Shown: positions 59,026 to 64,000 of the stretch, piece after piece
Layout: every line of letters starts with the position of its first letter
How positions within the stretch are numbered: position 1 is the stretch's first letter
The notes under the pieces: model-generated
Databases searched by the model: none
The model's input: only the letters and a program-made list of their open reading frames with translations
What the model was told of the DNA's origin: nothing
Assembly (NCBI GenBank): GCA_021831565.1
Contig: JAKBMM010000001.1
Location: forward strand, 80,321 to 144,320
Origin: Planctomycetota bacterium
GTDB lineage: Bacteria > Planctomycetota > Phycisphaerae > WQYP01
Direction of reading: 5' to 3'
DNA length: 64,000 bases
Position numbers and translations under genes: made by a program

Positions 59026-59796
59026 TCACGCATAAGCAATGATAAACAACCGGCGAAAGGGAAACAGCAGTCGGCCATCGGGGCGGCGCGGATAGGCGCC
59101 GGCAATGGCCTGAAGATAATCAGCCAGGAACCGCTCGCGATCGGCCGGCAAAGCCAGCGCATCGAGAAACGGTCGCAAACCCGTTCCCTTGTACCATTCC
59201 ACAATAGCTTCCGGACCGGGCAGAACATGCTGGTATTCGACGGCCCATAAGTCGATACGCGCCGCGTGGGCGCAAAGCGCGTCGTAGTAGAATGGCAACT
59301 CATGGACATGCCAATCTCGAATATTGCCGTTGAAGCGTGCTTTCCACTCCGGCGCTGCCGCCATCCGGCGGATCAAGCGCTGGGCCGGCGGCTGGTTATT
59401 GGCCGGCAACTGCACCGCCAGGGCGCCGCCGGGCGCAACCTGCCGCAGCAGGCGGCCCAACAGCTCGGCATGTTCGGGCAGCCATTGCAGGGCGGCGTTG
59501 GAAAATACCAGGTCATACGGGCGGTCGGTTTTCCAGGCGGTGATGTCGCCGACGATAAATTCCAGTTGCGGATAGTTGCGCCGGGCGACGGCGATCATGT
59601 CCGTTGAGCTATCCAGCCCGGTAATGGCGGCCCAGGGCCAACGTTGCGCCAGCACATGCGTGCTGTTGCCCGGTCCGCATCCCAGGTCTATGAGCCGCCG
59701 GGGATTATCCAACAGGACGCGATGGAGCAGATCACGACAGGGCTGCGTGCGTTCCTCGGCGAAGCGGAGATATTGTTCGGCGTTCCACGTCGGCAT
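59026..59796 (-). CDS. tam: Trans-aconitate 2-methyltransferase (class I SAM-dependent MTase)
   Basis: MPTWNAEQYLRFAEERTQPCRDLL is collinear with the Tam N-terminus. SAM motif I IDLGCGPGNST. Confidence 0.8.
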   Translation of the reverse strand: MPTWNAEQYLRFAEERTQPCRDLLHRVLLDNPRRLIDLGCGPGNSTHVLAQRWPWAAITGLDSSTDMIAVARRNYPQLEFIVGDITAWKTDRPYDLVFSNAALQWLPEHAELLGRLLRQVAPGGALAVQLPANNQPPAQRLIRRMAAAPEWKARFNGNIRDWHVHELPFYYDALCAHAARIDLWAVEYQHVLPGPEAIVEWYKGTGLRPFLDALALPADRERFLADYLQAIAGAYPRRPDGRLLFPFRRLFIIAYA

Positions 59797-59871
59797 GGCT
59801 CCATGGTACAGCAGTCCGCTTGGCAGGGGAACAGCGGGCGTTTAATCTACACCTGTTTTCGGGGGATTTTC

Positions 59872-61404
59872 ATGCTGGCCAAGGTGCACAGTTTCGTCCT
59901 GCAGGGCATTGACGCCCTGCGCTGCGAGGTTGAAGTCAACATCGCCAATCGCGAATATGGCGATCCGTTGATTGTTGGCCTGGCGGATAAGGCGGTGAGC
60001 GAATCGCTCGATCGTATTCACACCGCGATGGTCAACAGCGGTTTTCCGTTTCCGCAGCAGCAGTTGCTGGTCAACCTGGCGCCGGCGGACATTCGCAAGG
60101 AAGGCAGCGCCCTGGAATTGCCGATCGCCCTGGGAATTCTCCAGGCCGGACGGACCATCACCGGCGAAGGCCACAAAAAATTTCTGGTCGCGGGAGAATT
60201 GGCGCTCGACGGTTCGGTACGCCCCATCAAGGGCGCGTTATCGATGGCCATGCTTGCGGCGCAGAGCGGTTTTGCCGGCGTGCTGTTGCCGCCGGCCAAT
60301 GCCCGCGAAGCCGCCGTGGTGCCGGGTGTCGATATTTTCGCCATCGACTCTCTGACGGCCCTGGTCGGATTTTTCAACGGTCAACTGGAACTGGAGCCGG
60401 AAGCCGCCGAAGACGCCGGGAGCAACGCCGACACCATCAACTACGACGTGGATTTCGCCGACGTACGCGGCCAGGAGTTGGCCAAGCGCGCACTGACGAT
60501 CGCCGCCGCCGGCCGGCACAATGTACTGCTGCTGGGCCCGCCGGGGGCCGGCAAGACCATGCTTTGCCAGCGCCTGCCGACCATTCTGCCGCCGCTGACC
60601 CGCCAGGAAGCGCTGGAAACATCGCGGGTTTACTCGGCTTGCGGCCTCCTGCCGAAAGAAACCAGCCTGCTGCGCACGCGACCGGTGCGCACGCCCCATC
60701 ACACGGCCAGCGGCGCGGCCATGGTGGGCGGCGGAAGCATTCCGCGACCCGGTGAAGTGTCTCTGGCTCATCACGGCGTGCTGTTTCTGGATGAATTGCC
60801 GGAGTTTTCCCGCCACGTGCTGGAAATGCTGCGCCAACCGCTCGAATCGGGCACGGTCACGATCGCCCGGTCGCATTCGAGCACAAGTTTTCCGGCGCGT
60901 TTCATGCTGGTGGCCGCGATGAATCCCACCGCCGGCGGCAAGGGCACGCTGGATCGACGCAAGGCCAGGAGCACCGAACTGGCCGCGATGGACAAATACA
61001 TGGGTAGACTTTCCGGACCCCTGTTGGATCGCATCGACATTCATCTGGAAGTGCCCGCGGTCACCTATCGCGACCTGACAAGCAAGGCCGCCGGCGCCAG
61101 TTCGGCCCAGATGCGCCGGCAGGTGCAGCAGGCGCGGGACGTGCAGGCCAAACGCTTCGGACCGCAGAGCACCATGACCAACGCCGCGATGAAAACGCAA
61201 CAGATCAAGGAATTCTGTCCGTTGGATGACACCTGCCTGTTGCTGATGAAACAGGCGATGGAGGAACTCGGCTTGAGCGCCCGAGCTTTCGATAAAGTCC
61301 GCCGGCTTTCGCGAACCATCGCCGATTTGGACGGGGTGGAGCACATTGGTCCGCCACACATCACAGAGGCGATCGGCTACCGGCTGCTGGACAGGAAGTA
61401 TTGA
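59872..61404 (+). CDS. comM: Mg-chelatase-like AAA+ ATPase YifB/ComM family
   Basis: N-terminal Lon-protease-like domain, Walker A LLLGPPGAGKTML, Walker B VLFLDELPEF, and a C-terminal ChlI domain. The start was trimmed to MLAKVHSFVLQG. Confidence 0.85.
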   Translation: MLAKVHSFVLQGIDALRCEVEVNIANREYGDPLIVGLADKAVSESLDRIHTAMVNSGFPFPQQQLLVNLAPADIRKEGSALELPIALGILQAGRTITGEGHKKFLVAGELALDGSVRPIKGALSMAMLAAQSGFAGVLLPPANAREAAVVPGVDIFAIDSLTALVGFFNGQLELEPEAAEDAGSNADTINYDVDFADVRGQELAKRALTIAAAGRHNVLLLGPPGAGKTMLCQRLPTILPPLTRQEALETSRVYSACGLLPKETSLLRTRPVRTPHHTASGAAMVGGGSIPRPGEVSLAHHGVLFLDELPEFSRHVLEMLRQPLESGTVTIARSHSSTSFPARFMLVAAMNPTAGGKGTLDRRKARSTELAAMDKYMGRLSGPLLDRIDIHLEVPAVTYRDLTSKAAGASSAQMRRQVQQARDVQAKRFGPQSTMTNAAMKTQQIKEFCPLDDTCLLLMKQAMEELGLSARAFDKVRRLSRTIADLDGVEHIGPPHITEAIGYRLLDRKY

Positions 61405-61585
61405 GCCGCGGCTCATCCCATTGCAATTGGGAATTCAAACTTTATGGATGGGATAATGCCGTACCCCCATTAGAGCCTATCCTGGATAGGCTCTATGCCG
61501 GTCATAATAAACCGGCCACCCTGGTGGCCGATTACTTGTGGTCGTGAAATCGCGGCATGCGGGGACTGACCGAACTATTCATTAA

Positions 61586-61632
61586 CCCGCGGCGGGAACC
61601 CGCGGCGGGCAAGGCCCGCCCGCTAAACCGGG
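61586..61632. repeat. REP-like GC-rich palindromic element (orientation L), distal copy 3' of the RAYT gene
   Basis: CCCGCGGCGGGAACCCGCGGCGGGCAAGGCCCGCCCGCTAAACCGGG. It shares the GGCCCGCCCGCTAAACCGG core with the other copies. Confidence 0.6.
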
Positions 61633-61930
61633 ATGTACTTGATTGCGTCTATGACGATCATATATGGTCATCCACGGCGGGGCCGCGCCCCCGATGAAAT
61701 GGTTTATCCAAAGCACAAAACCGCAGGTGAGCCAGTTTCAATCCGCATCGGGGCCGCGAGCCCCTCGATCTGATGCAGCGCACAACGGCGGTTGCAGTAA
61801 AGGTGATCATTCAACGAGGAAATGGATACCGGGTCAGGATGTTCCATATTCATACCCCTGCATCATTTCCAAATCACCGCAAACTCCGTTTAGCGCCATC
61901 GCCCGGCAAGGGGTGTCCCCGTTACGACCA

Positions 61931-61963
61931 CGCGGCGGGGCCGCCCCGCCCGCTAAACCGGGG
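61931..61963. repeat. REP-like GC-rich palindromic element (orientation L), abutting the RAYT 3' end
   Basis: CGCGGCGGGGCCGCCCCGCCCGCTAAACCGGGG, the same core motif. A partial inverted copy of the GTTTAGCG tail lies at 61886-61895. Confidence 0.6.
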
Positions 61964-62531
61964 TACGCGGCCACGGCCGGACAAATTCCCAACGCTGCCG
62001 CGGCAGACCCGCCTTAACCGGGTTGGCGTTGGTGTATTGGATCGCGAGCTGGATGGCATCCACATCATTGAGAAACACATGCCATCCGCCGCGCGCCCAT
62101 ATCGGCTGATCCGGGCGGAGGCCTTGAGCGCCGAGTTGTTTGGTCGCGCGGCTCTTGAGGTGGCCGACAACTTCCTCGATCGTCCGCTGATGCCGCAATA
62201 TCACCGCGTGCACGTGATCCGGCATGATGGCGCAGGCCACCATCCGAAAATCAGCCTCATCGCACGCCACCTGAAATCCACGGCTGATGGCAGCAATCTG
62301 CGCGTTGGTAAACCGCATCGGGGTGGAGGCAAGGGCGTTTTTAGTCCGCAGCCGGTCCGCGCGGTCGTGTGGGATCGCGGCGACGGATCGCCGGGCGCCG
62401 CAGGCAGTCCCGCCGCCGGCGGCGTAAAAAAGGTCCCACGATCGCACATAATCCGACCATGATCCGCGCGGATCATTGGGCAACCAAAATCCGTAGGCAC
62501 AAAAAATGCTGTGATACGCCAGCACCGCCAT
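61953..62531 (-). mobile_element. REP-associated tyrosine transposase (RAYT; IS200/IS605-like HuH Y1 transposase, TnpA_REP)
   Basis: 192 aa. HuH motif in MPDHVHAVIL. Catalytic Tyr in the conserved AIQYTNANPVKAGL (Y..NPV.AGL). N-terminal YHSIFCAYG typical of the IS200 fold. Flanked by inverted REP clusters. Confidence 0.75.
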
Positions 62532-62540
62532 GTATGAATC

Positions 62541-62637
62541 CCCGGTTTAACGGCATCGCCCGCGATACGTCAACGCCCCGTTTGGCGGGTCCGCCATGCA
62601 CAAATCCGTGTTTAGCGGGGCCGCCCGGCGGTCCGCG
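62541..62637. repeat. Cluster of three REP-like elements (orientation R, inverted relative to the copies on the other side of the RAYT gene)
   Basis: CCCGGTTTAACGGCATCGCCCGCG, CCCCGTTTGGCGGGTCCGCC and CCGTGTTTAGCGGGGCCGCCCGGCGGTCCGCG. The core GTTTAGCGGG.GCCCGCC is the reverse complement of the left-side core. Confidence 0.6.
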
Positions 62638-62715
62638 AACGGCCCATTTATCGCGGCGTGTCGGAACCGCGAGGCGCGATCGTTCATGCCGGCGGCCCGT
62701 TTTTCACCGGCAACA

Positions 62716-62752
62716 CCCGTTTACGTTTAGCGGGCGGGCCTGCCCGCCGCGC
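62716..62752. repeat. REP-like element (orientation R), distal copy 5' of the RAYT gene
   Basis: CCCGTTTACGTTTAGCGGGCGGGCCTGCCCGCCGCG, containing the same core plus an internal GCGGGCnnGCCCGC palindrome. Confidence 0.6.
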
Positions 62753-62851
62753 CATTCCCGGCATGCCGGGATTCAACGCGCGAGATCTGGAATTTTCGGT
62801 CCATATAATAAATATCATACGATCTCCGACATGAGAGGCCCTTTCCTGGCG

Positions 62852-62874
62852 ACGCCCGAATGCGGGCGTTTTTC
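62852..62874 (+). terminator. Candidate intrinsic terminator (ACGCCC-gaatgc-GGGCGT followed by TTTTT) in a region without convincing ORFs
   Basis: 6-bp perfect GC stem, 6-nt loop and T5 run on the plus strand. No annotated plus-strand gene lies upstream, so it may end a small RNA or a read-through transcript. Confidence 0.35.
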
Positions 62875-63380
62875 ATAAGCGGCGGCGCACAGCAGCCGGA
62901 TCATTCGGTGAATTGCCTGCCGCTGGGATTTTACCGCGCGCCACGACGCCGTCACAACTGGAAATATCATCCCCTTCCGCGCTCCGCGCGGGCTTGGCAA
63001 TTTTTCCGGACTGGGCGGAATTCCCGCAAAACAAGCCCTGTTCGTCACGCCGCAGAGCCTTCCCGATGGGTACAAGCGGGTGGGGACATCCGCGTTCGTT
63101 AAGGATGCCCGGAAAAATCGCCACACCCATCCGCGCCCGGTTGCCGGTTCATGCTGGCGAGGGTGTGTAGAATCGTTTATTGTTACGCCCAGGTTCGGGA
63201 TCGGAGTTGATACCGCCGGCCGCGGCTTGCGACCGATGCCCGGCCGGGATCGCGTTCCGGGCCGAACCGTTGACGAATCGACGAAATGCCCGTCGTGGAC
63301 GACGCGGATCGACCCATGGGTATGATGGACATATAAAATTTGGTTTCGCCGTGGATCAGGCAATAGCGGGAGTGTCTCAC

Positions 63381-63926
63381 ATGAATGAACTGGAACCGGT
63401 CAGTGGCGCCCCACCGGCGGTTTTAACCCCCGAAATTCAACTGCTGGTCATGGACGTGGACGGCGTGCTGACCGATGGCGGCATTATCCGCGACGACAGC
63501 GGCCAGCAGATCAAGCGATTCCACGTGCGTGACGGAACCGGCCTGGTGATGTGGCGGCGGCTGAACCGTCAGACGGCGCTGCTCACCGGAAAGGAAAGTC
63601 TGGTGGTCCAGCACCGCGCCGAAGAACTCGGCATTCAATACGTCTACCAGAACGTAAATAACAAGCTCGAAATCTACGGCGATCTGCTTGCGCAACTTGG
63701 CTTGAACGACGCCCAGACGGCTTACATCGGCGACGATTTGCCGGACCTGCCGGTGATGCGGCGCTGCGGCTGCCCCATCGCCGTGGCCGACGCGGCGGAG
63801 GAAGTTCGCGCCGCCGCGCGGTACGTCACCAAATATCCCGGCGGCTACGGCGCCGTGCGCGACGCCGTGGAATGGCTCTGCAAGCGAATGGGCCTGTGGA
63901 ACCAGGTGCTTGCCCGCTACACTTGA
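63381..63926 (+). CDS. kdsC: 3-deoxy-D-manno-octulosonate 8-phosphate phosphatase (HAD superfamily, YrbI family)
   Basis: HAD motif I LLVMDVDGVLTDG, motif II (TGKES), and motif IV GDDLPDLPVMRRCG. 181 aa after trimming to MNELEPV. GGGAG Shine-Dalgarno upstream. Confidence 0.8.
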   Translation: MNELEPVSGAPPAVLTPEIQLLVMDVDGVLTDGGIIRDDSGQQIKRFHVRDGTGLVMWRRLNRQTALLTGKESLVVQHRAEELGIQYVYQNVNNKLEIYGDLLAQLGLNDAQTAYIGDDLPDLPVMRRCGCPIAVADAAEEVRAAARYVTKYPGGYGAVRDAVEWLCKRMGLWNQVLARYT

Positions 63927-64000
63927 ACCAGGCCATACCGCGGCTGACTTTCGGCCGTTCTTCGGCGGCGGACAGGGATGGACGGTAGTCTGTCTCAAAA

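Noticed and set aside
59644-59871. N-terminal 76-codon extension of the comM ORF overlapping tam on the opposite strand
   Set aside because: The conserved ComM/YifB N-terminus starts at MLAKVHSFVLQG with a G-rich Shine-Dalgarno-like stretch upstream. The extension is antisense to tam and non-conserved in character.
61773-62462. 229-aa plus-strand ORF overlapping the RAYT gene
   Set aside because: Antisense to an ORF with clear HuH and Tyr motifs. Composition is Arg/Pro-rich with no motif.
62815-63363. 182-aa minus-strand ORF and overlapping plus-strand ORFs between the REP locus and kdsC
   Set aside because: Low-complexity Arg/Pro/Gly-rich translations in mutually overlapping frames. No plausible start context.

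Overview
This 64 kb window is a high-GC (about 62-66%) bacterial chromosomal segment on a Planctomycetota-like background. The evidence for that background is two tandem prepilin-type DUF1559 / H-X9-DG proteins, two PEP-CTERM proteins, frequent absence of Shine-Dalgarno sequences, and K/R-rich N-terminal extensions on housekeeping enzymes. Most genes are housekeeping. They include a three-gene arginine succinyltransferase block (astA-astD-astB), nadK, rnd, asnB-family, uvrD divergent from dinB, ispG, ffh, a Xer-type recombinase, folC, dxr-rseP, ribBA, xseA, lysA, proB, tam and comM. There is also a classic tRNA-His / tRNA-Thr(GGU) - tuf - tRNA-Trp - secE - nusG - rplK block that ends at rplK without rplA/rplJL/rpoBC, and kdsC at the 3' edge. 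I derived four tRNAs by hand (Ala-CGC, Trp-CCA, Thr-GGU, His-GUG); each has a plausible cloverleaf. The non-routine items are listed here. (1) A 1.2 kb tandem duplication of a DUF1559 pseudopilin-like gene including its promoter, with a T7/T8 tract difference between the copies. (2) A low-GC restriction-modification islet: a beta-class SPPY (probably N4-cytosine) methyltransferase plus an overlapping 97-aa ORF that looks like a nuclease remnant. (3) An orphan two-gene Rnf-like module: an RnfC-like 2x[4Fe-4S] protein lacking the NADH-binding fold, translationally coupled to an RnfD/NqrB-like membrane protein, followed by a secreted protein. (4) A REP-associated tyrosine transposase (RAYT, HuH-Y1) flanked by inverted clusters of GC-rich REP palindromes. 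(5) A ribBA gene whose GTP-cyclohydrolase-II half has lost all three zinc-ligand cysteines. (6) An exbB-exbD pair without tonB next to two PEP-CTERM surface proteins, with a direct-repeat candidate regulator site upstream. No CRISPR arrays or rRNA genes were seen. Family assignments rest on motif recognition by eye; none were checked by search.
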